64,000 bases of DNA from positions 5,396,001 through 5,460,000 of the forward strand of contig NW_024704742.1 in NCBI RefSeq assembly GCF_018977255.1. The letters run 5' to 3'. Position numbers and translations under genes: made by a program. Origin of the DNA: Callorhinchus milii (taxonomy: Eukaryota). A model generated the notes under the pieces. The model saw only the letters and a program-made list of their open reading frames with translations, was not told the origin of the DNA and searched no databases. This document shows, one piece after another, positions 50,883 through 63,471 of this stretch (position 1 is the stretch's first letter; every line of letters starts with the position of its first letter).

Positions 50883-52128
50883 GGAATTTGATTCGGAATT
50901 TATGAGCAGCACAAAACGGCTCAATGGGAAGTTACTTCATATCCTGCACTCGATAAGCACTTTGATTTACCACCTAATTACTTTCTTATAGGTCTGTAAT
51001 GACCAACTTGAAGACTGTACCTCACTGGGGATAAATCATTTATGGTAGAACATCTATTATGTGTGCTGCTAGTCATAGTGATTGAAGGAAAGCATTCGAC
51101 ATCCATTCCAGTTATCAGACATTTTTTTAAGAGGGAGAATGGTTTATTGTACAGTTCATAGCTTTGAGGGCTTTTCGAGAGATGCTCAAAGTGCACAGGC
51201 TAATTATTGAATTTCCCCCTTACATAGTTGCTTAAGATAACAGAAATGTTTCTGACAGGGAGAGGCACCAAGACAAAATGTTCTTCTTTGGAAGAAAGAT
51301 CCAGAGGAGAGAGCACGGTAGCTAAAAGCTCAGTCATCGATAATGGAGAAAAGGCAGCGGAAGTGAGTAATATAACAGAATTGGAGTAGATAAGAGCATG
51401 AGCTATAATGTAGGGCTGGAGAAGATTACAAAATTGGGTGGACTGAGATCGGAGAGGGATTTGAAGATCTGCTAGCAAACAGTGCGCATTAGACCCCATT
51501 AGCTGTGCTATAATTATCTGTGATCTTATTCAATCCTATAATGTCAACTTTTATTATATTTGTGTCATGTACAATTAAGTTAATGGATATTTCATGCCAT
51601 GAACACAATAATATTTTGGTGCATCAAATGTATTGTGTGAGATATATGAAACTCTACCAAGGAGTGGGGTAATAATTTTCTTCTGGCGATTTTGCTTTGT
51701 CCTGCCTTTGGTGCTAGTGGTATTATATTAACAGATATAATCACTGTTGCCTCTGGAAGTAGATGGTCTTTGTTCTGCTTTTGAATGGACCAACAGCTAA
51801 GGAATCATAGACATGTACAACATTTGGACCCAAGAGAGTAGAGTAACCACTCTCTCCCTCTTCCAGAAAATTGGTCTTTGATTTGTCAGAGTTTACAATA
51901 AGAAGTTCCCATTGTACTGTTTTGATTTTCTTTTCTCTGAACTTCTGATACCACGAGAAGAACTGGGTTAACTGCTTAGCTTGTATTGTGATGTTCGAGG
52001 TAACAAAAGGAAATTCTGTAAATCAAGGACTTGTAATCTACTCAATGAAATAGTGGCTTGTGTTGCTGGATGAAAACCATTTGAGGAAGGTTAGGGTGAA
52101 TTATAATCCACTCTATGTAGAGGCCATC

Positions 52129-52325
52129 AAATAATAATAATAATAATCCTTGCATTTGACATTGCACCTTCTCACATCTTTGAGACATCTCAAAACGCTT
52201 CACAGAATATACTGTAAAGTGAATTGACTGTATATTTTGTGGACGAAACGCGGCAGCCAATTGCACACAGCAGTGTCCCACAAACAGTCGTGGATTGAGT
52301 GACCAATTTATTATTATTTTTTATT
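52129..52325 (-). mobile_element. 5'-truncated tRNA SINE
   Basis: 3' module ending at the AT-rich linker. Confidence 0.88.
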
Positions 52326-53353
52326 GAATAGACCAAATGTGTATGTTGTGACTGTTCCTCCCCCACGCGATTCTCAAATCTGAGAAGGTACTGGGTAAAG
52401 GTGAGAGAATGTGATAGAGCAGATGTGACAGAGCAGATCTCTTTTAGAGATGCAAAGGGCTGAATGGCCTCCCTGTTGTGCTGTGAATTTCCATAGCGTG
52501 CATGTTGTGAGTGCCTCGCACGTCATTCTTGATGATGACGTCCGTGTAGTGAGGTTTTCAAGCTTGTGGGCCATGGCCTTCAACTCCCAATCAGTGAATA
52601 TCCATCTTTTAGAAACTTCAAAACTTCTGTTGATCCGTGAACTGGAAATCCGATTCCAGAAGACCCAACTTCCTGAACTTCACCATTGAGACCAATGCTG
52701 GGGTGATTGCAGTTTGCAGCATATACATGCAGGTCAACTTGATGCTCTAAATATCAAATGCACTGGCTGAATTGACTCCAATATGGGACTAAGACTATTT
52801 GTCGATGTTGGTGTGATTGCACTGAAGAAGAAAAAGACTTTGCCCTTCAGGGGAAAGTGTGATGAATCCAAGCCACTTCCTGTGCCAGGGCTGATTCTAT
52901 TTTCTATGGAGTATTTGTGTACTTTAAATTGGATGTATTGAATAACACACTACGAATCGAATGTATTGTTTGACAGACAAGTGATTTTATTAAGTTTTCA
53001 TTTTCACCGAAACCCTCCTCCATGCCTGTGTTGATTTGTTCATTTTGAATTTGTTTCCTTCAGTTTTCGTGCTCAGTCCATGTCGAGTGACTGACTCAAT
53101 TCTACATTATCCAACTTCTTTGTGCAAAGGGAATACAGTATTGTCAATTGCAGGCACGTCTTGTTAAGGCAGGTCAGTCATATCAGGAGTTGTGCTTGTA
53201 CCTGTTCCGCCTCACCTATTTCCAATGTGAGCTCCTATTTTTATGAACAAATGTGACCTCTTTCTGTCAGACTTCATTGTTAATTCGGACAATCAAAGTA
53301 AGTGTTGTTTAAAAAAAATCGCATTGGGCTGAAAATTGTTATATTTCATTTTG

Positions 53354-53780
53354 AGGCCTAAAATTCCACCCAGTCTTACTCTGTCAAGACTATTTTGTTT
53401 TATAATGTAAGATTGCATAGAATGTGGAAACATTTTAAATTCAGTCTTAGAATCCATGCTCTCTCTGGAACTCCCTTCCTCTACTCCTCTGGGTTGCTCC
53501 TCTCTTACTCTCTTTAAATCTTGTCTAAAAACCTACTTGTTTGACTGTCTACTTGCATAACACCATCCCTGTGAAGCATTTATCTTCTTGTCACAGAGAC
53601 AACGAGATATTATCCGAAATAGCGCGAAGAGCGTTGTAAGTTGTTAAGTTGGGAGCCAGTTCTTTTCAAGAACTGCAGAAAAAACAGATTCCAAATTAAG
53701 ATTGAAACTTAGAGTTCCACAATCTCCACCAACTTGCATTTTAAGAGAAAATAGCTAAGACCAGGTGGAATTTTAGGCCT
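53354..53780. mobile_element. MITE-like element with 25-bp terminal inverted repeats
   Basis: aggcctaaaattccacccagtctta / taagaccaggtggaattttaggcct (23/25). Confidence 0.65.
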
Positions 53781-53837
53781 GTTATTTCATTACATTGAAT
53801 CTGTTAAAAACCTGTGGAATTTTAGTCAATGACAAAT

Positions 53838-54050
53838 CCCTTTCCTCCTTCAAGGCCGGTGGTCTCAAGACCTTTCTCTTTGACCGAGCCTTCAGCTCCC
53901 CTCTCGACTCTCTACCCCCTCCTCACTCCCTCCCTTCCCTCCCCTCACCCTAACCATATCCCCACTGCTCGGGTCCTGACCCAATTGTACAGCGCCTTGG
54001 GACGTCCTCCCGACATGAAAGGCGCTCTACAAATGGAATCTTGTTGTTGT
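53838..54050 (+). mobile_element. Young L2 3' end (family A)
   Basis: Very similar to 50663-50880. Confidence 0.9.
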
Positions 54051-57000
54051 ATTTACTGGTTTCGGTAAACCATTCCCCACTGTGCTGCTGTATAGACTCT
54101 ATGGCTTGATCCAAGAGGGCTTTTTTAAACACTGTTCCCCAAATCTTAGAGAGGAGCCAACAGGCCAAGAATACTCTTTTCTTCACTCCAGAGGCAGTAT
54201 TTGAATGCTGGAGCAATATGCGGGTGAATGTTTGTGGCACATTAATTACCGTGTGCAAAAAAACAGCTAATGCATTTGTTTTTAAATACACAGTCACCGC
54301 ACTTCACAGGAAACATCCTGTGAAGCGCTTTGAACTGTTTCGATGGTGTGATAAGGTGCTATTATGAAATGCAAGGATTATTATTATTATTATTATATGC
54401 TGTTATTAGCACACGAACGCACCATTCTCTAATGACTAGAACAGGTTGCCAGAAAAGGTGGTAGAAGCCAGGACACAGGTGTCATTCGAACAGCAATTTG
54501 AGGCAATGATGGTGGGGGGGGGGACGGTACGGTGGGTGTTCAGAAAGGATGAGATTGGATGGGTCGAATGGTCTTCTTCACCCAGACCAATTGGTGTTTT
54601 TGTGATCTATTTTTGTGAGCGCGGAAATCTCAAATCTAATTTGAAAACGGTCAATTACCTACTGAAATGTCACCAATTCGTCATGTTTTCATCCCATTGC
54701 TTCCAATGACATGACCTTGCCAATACTGGGCTGTGTCTTTATTGAACGCCATTGTTTTCAGGAGAGAAGGGTGCAATCTCAAAATGTTTCAGCGCGTGCA
54801 GAGAGATGATACAGAGTTGGGTTAAGGTAAATAACTTGCTTCTCGTATTGCATTTCAGGCATTTGATTTTGTAGGCCACTGGATTAGGAAGCATATGGGC
54901 TGAAGGAATAAAGATTAGACTTATTTTAGTAAGCCGTTTAGAATTTGAAATGCCCAGTGACTAGTTGACACATTAAACATGTAGGGTCTAAGGTTAGACC
55001 AGTATTTTGGATGTTGCATAATTTACACAATGTGACAGAGAGAAGCCTTTTCTCAGGAGATTAATATGATTGGATAGAATCCATGAAAGGAGATCTTTGT
55101 GTGACCTTATCCCATTGCATGCTCTTCTTTATGTTCACATACTTCATCTGTAGTTCGTTCTATCATAAGAAAGATAATATTGGGATATGTTAAAAGATGG
55201 AAATCTCATTATAAACGCACACGCATACCCACCGCACGTACATACACATACACACACGCCAAAGTTGTTATCTTTACAGTGCCCCTTATTACTGCTTCAA
55301 GAAACCTGCCTTACTATCTTTTAACACTTCTTGAAATGTCGCAATGCTCTTTACAGGTCAAGCGTGGTGATTGAGTGTTTTATAGGCAAACGTGGCTGCC
55401 AATTTGCACACAGCGGAATCCTGCAAATGGCCATGAAATGAATGACTCATTTATCTGCTGGAGAGAAATGGTTTTAAAAGGAAAATATGTGAGCATTATT
55501 GCAAAAGTTTCATCTTTTGACATATAAACAGAGAACTTCAGGGACGTAGAACATTTACTCTTGGACTTTATTGCAACAATAACATCAACGACAACAACTT
55601 GCATTTATGTAGCGTCTCTCACGCTGGGTAGTGGCTGAAAGCGCGGCCAGTAATGGTGGAACAGAGTATTGCGGTATTTGGAATTTGATCTTGTACAGAG
55701 AACCATCAGGAATACTTTAGTGCAGGGACTGCTTCTCTTACATAGCTTGTATATTAGACTGTGAACTAGCGAATGACTACTAAAGGATTTTAAAATATAC
55801 TTACCTGAGTCCTTTTAGGTTTACATTGCCTTCTTATATTATAGTGAATGTTCTTGTTCCTCCTGTTCTGTTCATTGTAAACAAGAATCATCCTGTAGTG
55901 ATGGCTCTGGTTATTTTTATGTAAATATCACAAATCCGTTCAGTTGAGCTTACGTTAGACTAGATCAGGATTTTTTAAAATTCAGTTTCCCTTGATGACC
56001 ATTACACCCTGTGCTCTTGTCACTGCCAAGACCTCCTCTTAGAGGTGTAGTTCTGGATCTTCGTGACCGACATTCTCATGGACTCTTGCAGATTGATGAT
56101 CTTGTTGTAATGGCTCCTGTTGTAGTTTCATGTCAGCTGAGCCCTCGACTAAAGGCAAAGGTTCTGACCAGCGCATCCTGTGTGCTGGTTATGATATGTA
56201 CCTTAGCAGTCTGGATGAAATCCTAATAGCCCACCAATCTTTTTTGCTGACTCTAATGGAGCAAAACTTCGAGCCACCCACTGTTAGAAAATGCAAGACA
56301 TGGCAAATTATTCTTCAACATTTAGATCATTAAAATAACTGTTCCCTGATGTCATTCACACAAAAATGTCCACCTAATTCCATTGCTACACGTTATTCAT
56401 CTGACGTGATTAGTGGGTGATCTCCAGCCAAGGGTAAATCACACACACACTGCAGGTTGATTCATCACAGTGCTATTGTAAAAGGTAGAGCACACTTCCT
56501 ATACTGAACTTTGTAGCTTCCAAGTTCGTACTCCAACTTCCAATAGACTTCACCCAGTTAGTGTATTGACAGACCAGTCTGTTCACACTTGTTCCCCACC
56601 TTGTCCTTTGTCTCTTTGATTTCTGAAGGAGGAACCGAGGTCTGGTCCTTTCTCCACAACAACCGAGCTCAATCATGAACCGCTTTGTTGGAAAAAAACA
56701 TGGATAAAGTTAGTGAATGTAAAGTGAAGTAATGAATCTGAAGAAGCTGGGCAACACGAGTACTGAGTAGAGTTTCAGCAACCCATTTTCGCTGTTACAA
56801 AGCGATAGAGCGAGTAATATAACTGTGTGTGGTGAGTATTATGAATTGTACATGGTCTTTGTGTCTCGGAATCAGCGATGAGCTATTTTAGAGGGCGGCC
56901 AAGATGTGGGGATTGAAAGTTTGTCATTTCACATCCTCTGTGCCGTATTACATATATTTTACTGTAAATCCCCAATGCACAATAGTAGCTATTAAGGAGG

Positions 57001-58099
57001 ACCCGTAAATATAGTACACCGAAGAGCAACATTACAGTAGTTATAATAGTATACAGTTTACATTTATATCCCAACTTTTATGTCAGGATGACATGTCAAT
57101 GTGTAAAAAACGTGTATTTTTGTAGGTAAATGCCACTGAAGTTGAAAAGTTAAAATGTATTGTTTCTTCTGGATTCTCTATGTTGTTCTTCAGCCGACTA
57201 AAGTGATAATTGTTGATTTAATAGATTTGTGAGACCATTACATTTTTCGCTGTAATACAATTTGTCGCCACTTAATGCAGTAACTATCTCCTGGAGCATT
57301 AACAGCTCATTAAGATTTATGGAACCATCTAATGCTCTTCCCTTCATTTCCTATTGTTATGCAATCTACATTTAGTTGTGTAACTCTGTGATGGACTGTT
57401 CAAGTGCGTTGTGTGCATTTGGTCATCAGCACAATGATGCCAACACTGCAAGGGTACGTTTGCGGCACAGCAACAACTTAAGTGACTAAATAAATCCATA
57501 CTTTGGTTTAGAGCTTGATTTCTCCATCTTATACATATATATATATTTTGGTACCTAACTTTTGGTACCTATTCTATGCTCTGGTGCTGCTGATGCTCCC
57601 ATTGTTAATAATATCAAAATAATAATGCTAACATTTGATATAGAACCTTTCAATGTCAGGAGGATATCCCAATGGTCAGGATACCAGGAGATATTCCCTT
57701 CTCTTTATGAATACTGCAATGCGATCTTTAATGTCTACCTCACTTCACGGATTGATGGATACATTTTGAGCGATCTCAATTTCTACCAGCTCAATGCATG
57801 AGCTGGAAGTGTCATGACAAGTCTTTCTTAGTAAAAATCCTTGGGAGTTTGGGCCTATATTATGGGATTATTTGTAAATAGCGAATCTTGCAGGTGTATC
57901 AATCAGATGTCATTCTCATCATGATTGGGGCAGGAATCAGCACTGAGCGGAGGTTCAGACTCACTATTTACAAATCTGTGCGTGAATTTTGCAATTTAGA
58001 TCCCACCTTTGTCATTTATTTATTATTATTTCCTTTCTCAGCAGTTACCATTCTGAAAGATTTCATTGGCACTGCCACCTACAGTGCCTTCCAAAGGGG

Positions 58100-58530
58100 T
58101 CTTTGGCTTGCAGGGTAGACAAGAGCTGTGTGAGAAGAATCCCTGGCCCCGCAGACTGATCTGTCCCTCCAGGTCCTGCTGATGAGTCAGACTGGCTAGT
58201 CTGTCGTTAGCAATGCCCTGCACCTGCCTGCCCAAGGTCTACCCCTAGAGACATTGCCAGGCTGGCTGGTCTGTCAACAGCAGCATCTTGGATTATTGTG
58301 CATGCACTGGTTTAACTGGTTAAACTCCAGCAGTGTACCATCGACATAATCTGATGTCTCCAAGCCTTGGCTCTTGCCAATTTGCCCCTTATGTTCTCAG
58401 GATGTGTCCTTCCAAGACAGCATGCGCATTTCGTTCCAGATACAGGGAAATTTCCATGTGTGGGTGGCAATTATATATGGAACTCTTAGTCTGGTTTGGA
58501 TACTCTTAAGCTTGCCAGACATTGCTCTCA
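58100..58530 (-). repeat. Family X copy
   Basis: gaaatttccatgtg..ctggtttggatactcttaagc matches 14864-14930. The body matches the reverse complement of 4035-4090. Confidence 0.6.
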
Positions 58531-60882
58531 AAACATTGTCTCAAGAACCAGAATGCCGAGACTACCACAGAGGATCGACTCGATTCTGAAATTCTGTGGC
58601 CAAGCAACCTTTGACCCTCCCCCACCACTCCCCATGTTGCTTTTTCCTCTATCTTATCACTATCTTATCAGTTTCCTGTATTCATTAAGTCTGGGCCTCT
58701 TCCAGAAACAGCAGATCATTGCCGCAGTCAATACGTCCTTTGCACAGGGTGTTTAATGCACTTAGATTTCTCGATTTCCAGGCTGTGCACCATCCTGGCT
58801 CAGTTGTGCACCAGCCTGGCTCAATTAGTAGCACTTTTGTCTCTGAGTCAGGTATTTTGAACTCAGTCTCGCTGATACTCCAATGCAGTGCTGCGTTGCT
58901 GGCGGTGTTATCTTTTTGAATGAAACGTTTAAACCAAAGCTGTGTCTGCCCGTTCATGTTGACATTGAAGATCCCATGGCACTTTTCGAAAAGAGAAGGG
59001 AGTTGAGACGGATCTTGAAGGAGGCATAGGGAGGGGTGAGGTGGAAGGGACTGCGGGGTGGAGTTCCAGAGGGTGCGCGCAGAGTGGCAGAAGGCCTGCC
59101 CGCCAATGGTAAGAACTCTATTGGAAAAATGACCGTGAAATGTACCAATGCTTTGTGCTGGTGAACTGTGATGTGCTATCTTTTAGGCTCACAAACAGGT
59201 GCTCTGTGCATTGTGATTAATCTGCTGTTATGAAAAATAACAGTTCTTAGATTGTAGTCTTTTGTCTCTACAGTTCAGTATCGGAATTAATGCATCTACT
59301 CAACTCTCTGCAGGTAAATGGAAGAACCAGAGGCTAATTTGGTCCAAGTTCGCAAATCACACAAAGTTGAACAAATGGTATCAAAATGGCTCCGACTTAC
59401 AAGAGATAACTCCCAAAGGTGCGATTCCCATTCGTCTGTTAAAATAGGTGTTTAATAGAAGTTTATTGCTATTTACTGAAATAAAGCTCCCGGAGCTGGT
59501 ATCAACACGTAGAGTTCTACTTCTTGGTGAACGATTGGATATATAAGGAAACCGATTCATCTTTTTCCTTTATTTCCCACGTGTTAAAGTTCACAAAGCG
59601 TTACATCACTTTAATCACTGACATCGGAACAATCCGGCAGCAGCTGGAGTCTGGTGAATAATGCAGGCTGAAATCCACAAGGGTCGGACATTGTCTCTAA
59701 ACAACAACCAGGGATGATTCCCTTTTTATATCATTACAACACTGTGTATGTTATATACACACACACGTTATCAACAACACATTTTCACTAGATGGTGATC
59801 ATGATTTTGTACTTCTCTGTTGCCCACATACATGGTGATTTCATTCATTTTGCAAGCCATGGGAATACTATGAACTTCCTACCCTGGCTCATGGCAGTAT
59901 TGTTTCAGACTATGACTGTCCAGGATACCCAATAACATGCAGCTCAGAAAGATACAGGGAATAATTGTCTTCTAGAGTCGGCACAGAATGGCTGATACAC
60001 AAAGTGGAAGACACATTCAGTGTTCAGGGTATCAGCGATGGTGGGAATAGAATATTGTGAGTACATCATCCTCAGACACACCAGGCCTGCAGTCCTTGAT
60101 CATGGTGTAGTATAAAAGTAATAAAAATGCCCCACTTCCAGGCCCTTGATGTGTGGCAACATTTACTAAAACAAAGAAAAGGAGTTCCATGAAATGTCAG
60201 GCATCTGCCGGCTGTTCATTACAGTACAGTGTTTAAGACTGCTACCATCTGTTCACTCCCAGTGTAATGGCTTCGATAAGAATGCTGTTCTTTTCCAAAC
60301 ATTTTCCAAATGTGTGACCCATTTAACCAGTTAGTCTTTTGATCTCAGCTTGGCCACAAGCAAACAATAATTGCACTTCTTTGTTATGTCTTAAAAGCTT
60401 TTATGAAATATTTATCTGTTCGTTAATCTTGATCTCACGGTTCCTGGAATCTCTCCCACAAAGCATCTATGACAGGTGGACACCAGATTAGGATTTGTCA
60501 CAGGGAGTAGAGTTGCATTGTCCAAGTGCATAAACACTGAGGTAATATATTCATTGAATAAACTTACTCCTGAATCTTACTTTCAGGTGAGGAGATGGGG
60601 AAAGATTTCAATTCAGTGTGTTGTAATCCTGCAATCAAAGAATATTCATTTGCCTATTCTGAATATTATTTTGAATGTACTAAAGTTGAGATGCTGAGAT
60701 CCATCATAAATGTAATCCATACGACGCAACATTCCCGTTTCCTTTACTGATCACCAAAACACAGACCTGTCTCGAAGCACCACCTTTTGATGCAGAGGGA
60801 GATCCAACAGTAAGTCAGTCATACATTCTGACTTGAGAGAGGTTTGAAGTCCTCTGAATGATTCTTTTAAGAAATGCATTAA

Positions 60883-61042
60883 ATAATAATAATAATCCTT
60901 GCATTTGATATAGCACCTTATTGTATCTTCGAGACGTCTAAAGCTCTTCACAGAATATACTGTAAAGTGGAGTGACTGTATATTTTGTGGGTGAAACGCG
61001 GCAGCCAACTGCGCATAGCAATGTCCCACAAACAGTCATGGA
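60883..61042 (-). mobile_element. 5'-truncated tRNA SINE
   Basis: Family 3' module. Confidence 0.88.
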
Positions 61043-61476
61043 TAGACAACGAAGTACATTCTCTACAATAAAGTGTCCATTTTCCCCCTTCGCTATTTTA
61101 CATTTGTGATACCTGTGATCACCATGATTGCCATATGAATCGCTTTCAGATGCCCTCAAGACGTGAAAGGCGCCACATCAAAAGGAAGGATTGTTATTGC
61201 TTGTTATTACAGTTATTACTGTCATTGCTACAATCTGCTTGCCACAGTTGTGGTAGCTGTGATGTGGTGTCAGTTCTCAGTCTGGGGACCATCTCTGACC
61301 AGCTATCACCCAACATGGATAGGGAGGCAAGACTTGTTGCTCCTGAAACTTTCTAACTTGGAGCATTATTATCAGATGATCGCAGAAAGTCCCGACTCGA
61401 AGCTACTAGATCCTGTGTGGACAAAACATGAAGGTAAGATAAGATTGAAAAGGTTTTATTTTATTTTTCATCTTAG

Positions 61477-61631
61477 GAATCGAAATACAACTGAAGGAGC
61501 CTCAGCCACCACCACGAACCAGTCGAGCTTCCCATTGAAAGTGTCCGTGAGGATTTATAAAGACTCGTTGCTGGAGTATGGATTTACTATAACAGAGGAA
61601 ACACCACTGTGTGTAAAGTCTGTCACTGCAG
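61477..61631 (+). CDS. FRMPD1: FRMPD1-like exon (155 nt), N-terminal half of PDZ domain
   Basis: tttttcatcttag|...|gtaaat. Encodes NRNTTEGASATTTNQSSFPLKVSVRIYKDSLLEYGFTITEETPLCVKSVTA, which resembles recalled FRMPD1 HTVKIDKDTLLQDYGFHISESLPLTVVAVTA more than FRMPD3/4. Confidence 0.85.
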
Positions 61632-61909
61632 GTAAATAAATACCTTTGGAGTTCACAGCAGCCAACCACAGCCACCAAACCCACTTGTGTATTATCTGTT
61701 GTCTAATGGACACATTTATATACTTGCTTTCCAGCAGGGTCACTATATCGTGAAACCATACCTGATTCCTACCTACCTCCCTCCCTCCCTCCCTACCACC
61801 CACATCCCCACCCTACACAGTGATGCTCCTAACTGGTGTCAGCGAGGTTACGGGTTCAAATTCCACACCAGGATTTGAGATCAGAGCGGAAGATGAAAAG
61901 AAAAACAAA

Positions 61910-62090
61910 ACAATAATAATAATCGGTAACTTCAATCCACGACTGTTTGTGGGGACGCTGCTGTGCGCAATTGGCTGCCGCGTTTTGCCCACAGAATATC
62001 CAGTCAATTCGCTTTACAGTATATTCTGTGAAGCACTTTGAGACGTCTCGAAGACGTGATAAGGCGCTATATCAAATAATAATAATAATA
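61910..62090 (+). mobile_element. 5'-truncated tRNA SINE
   Basis: Family 3' module with an intact ACGTC-TCGAA-GACGT hairpin. Confidence 0.88.
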
Positions 62091-62631
62091 GTTTTTCTTT
62101 TCACATTTTTCTTCCCCGCATTTTTTACTCAAATTCAAAGCCTGTTACTTTTCTGTCTCCTGTTTCCACTCTCCTTTTTTGAGGTGGGAACAACTTTGTG
62201 AAAAAAAAACAACCCCCTGACATGTGATCGGTTCCAGGGGCAGTTTTTCCAGCTGGGAAAGAGACAAATGGCAAAATCCCATGATCGGGACTTGTTAAAT
62301 TTGTTCCTGGCATGTGCGAGCACTGTTGAAGCAGACAACACAGTGTCAATGCTTCCTCTTTATCTCTTCAAAGCACTCATGATTTATCGGCAAGTGCAGA
62401 TCTGGCTCATCAGGGAATTGCCATCCTTGTTAAGTGATCTTAGGCAGATAGCGACAGCACATTCATCAGCCATAGAAATACACCACCATATTTATCACTG
62501 ATTAAGGAAGCCAAATGCTTCAGCACTCGATTTGTGCCAAGTGACTTCTGTTTTTCTACCCTTACCCACCTCTACCAGTACCACACAATCAGGGCATTAA
62601 AATGTGATGTGTGATGTGAAAATTATCCCTC

Positions 62632-62822
62632 TAATAATAATAATAATAATCCTGCATTTGATATAGCACTTTTCACGTCGGGAGGACGTCCCAAAGCGCT
62701 TCACAGAACACACTGTAAAGTGAATTGACTGTATATTTGTGGGCGAACGCAGCAGCCAATTGCGCACAGCAATGTCCCACAAACAGTCGTAGATTGAAAA
62801 TGACCAATTTATTATTGTTTTT
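62632..62822 (-). mobile_element. 5'-truncated tRNA SINE, CTCCC-loop subfamily
   Basis: Shares diagnostic bases with the copy at 15175. Confidence 0.88.
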
Positions 62823-63368
62823 CTCTTTATTCTGGGACAACTGAGAAGTTGCAACAGATTTGATGATAAGAAAAAACCCCTTTGAGTTCACCGAGCGTTT
62901 AAAGCATATTCCCGAAGCCTTGAGTTTTCAGCCCGGGGAGAGATGATCACTGAATCTGACCTGTCTCGTGAGGCTATTATGTTTTCCAGCGTTACATACT
63001 TCAAGCCCTGCACGATCAAAGTGTTCAGTGGCTCTGCAAAAGGTAAACCAGTGTGTAATCTTCTGAAAAATCAGCTTAAAGAAATCCCTGGATTCTATTT
63101 TGAAAAGGGTTTATTATTGACTGGATAGTTGATGCGTAGAAGGAACATATGCACATTTTAGTAATGTTTGTGATTGCTGCACTACAACAACGATTTGCAC
63201 TTATATAGTGCCCTCCATGCAGGGTAACATCTCAGAGCACTTAGCAGTAGCGGTGACTGACTTCAAGCCGGGTGGGGAGTGGGAGAGATGACCGTAAGCA
63301 CTACAGTATTGAAAGGAGATGTGAAATGTTGACAATCCAGCTATCTCAATATCTCTCCCATGTCTTAG

Positions 63369-63471
63369 ATGGTCCTGGCGAAGGGAAGCTGTTCCCGGGA
63401 GATCAGATTCTAAACATAAACAATGTGCCGGTGGAGGACATTGCAAGAGAACACTTATTTAACATTATCAG
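63369..63471 (+). CDS. FRMPD1: FRMPD1-like exon (103 nt), C-terminal half of PDZ domain
   Basis: ccatgtcttag|...|gtaaca. Encodes DGPGEGKLFPGDQILNINNVPVEDIAREHLFNIIR (FRMPD1: GKLFPGDQILQMNNEPAEDLSWERAVDILR). In phase with the previous exon. Confidence 0.88.

Noticed and set aside
54762..54826. Exon-like unit (EMIQSWVK) as FRMPD1 exon 2
   Set aside because: Similarity is weak and its open frame ends in phase 0, incompatible with the 61477 exon.
1200..62822. Strand bias of SINEs (about 12 minus versus 4 plus)
   Set aside because: Small hand count; two-sided binomial p is about 0.08.
61477..63471. FRMPD3 or FRMPD4 assignment
   Set aside because: Lacks their RDP..GFGFVAGSE motif; KDSLLEYGF and GKLFPGDQIL fit FRMPD1.
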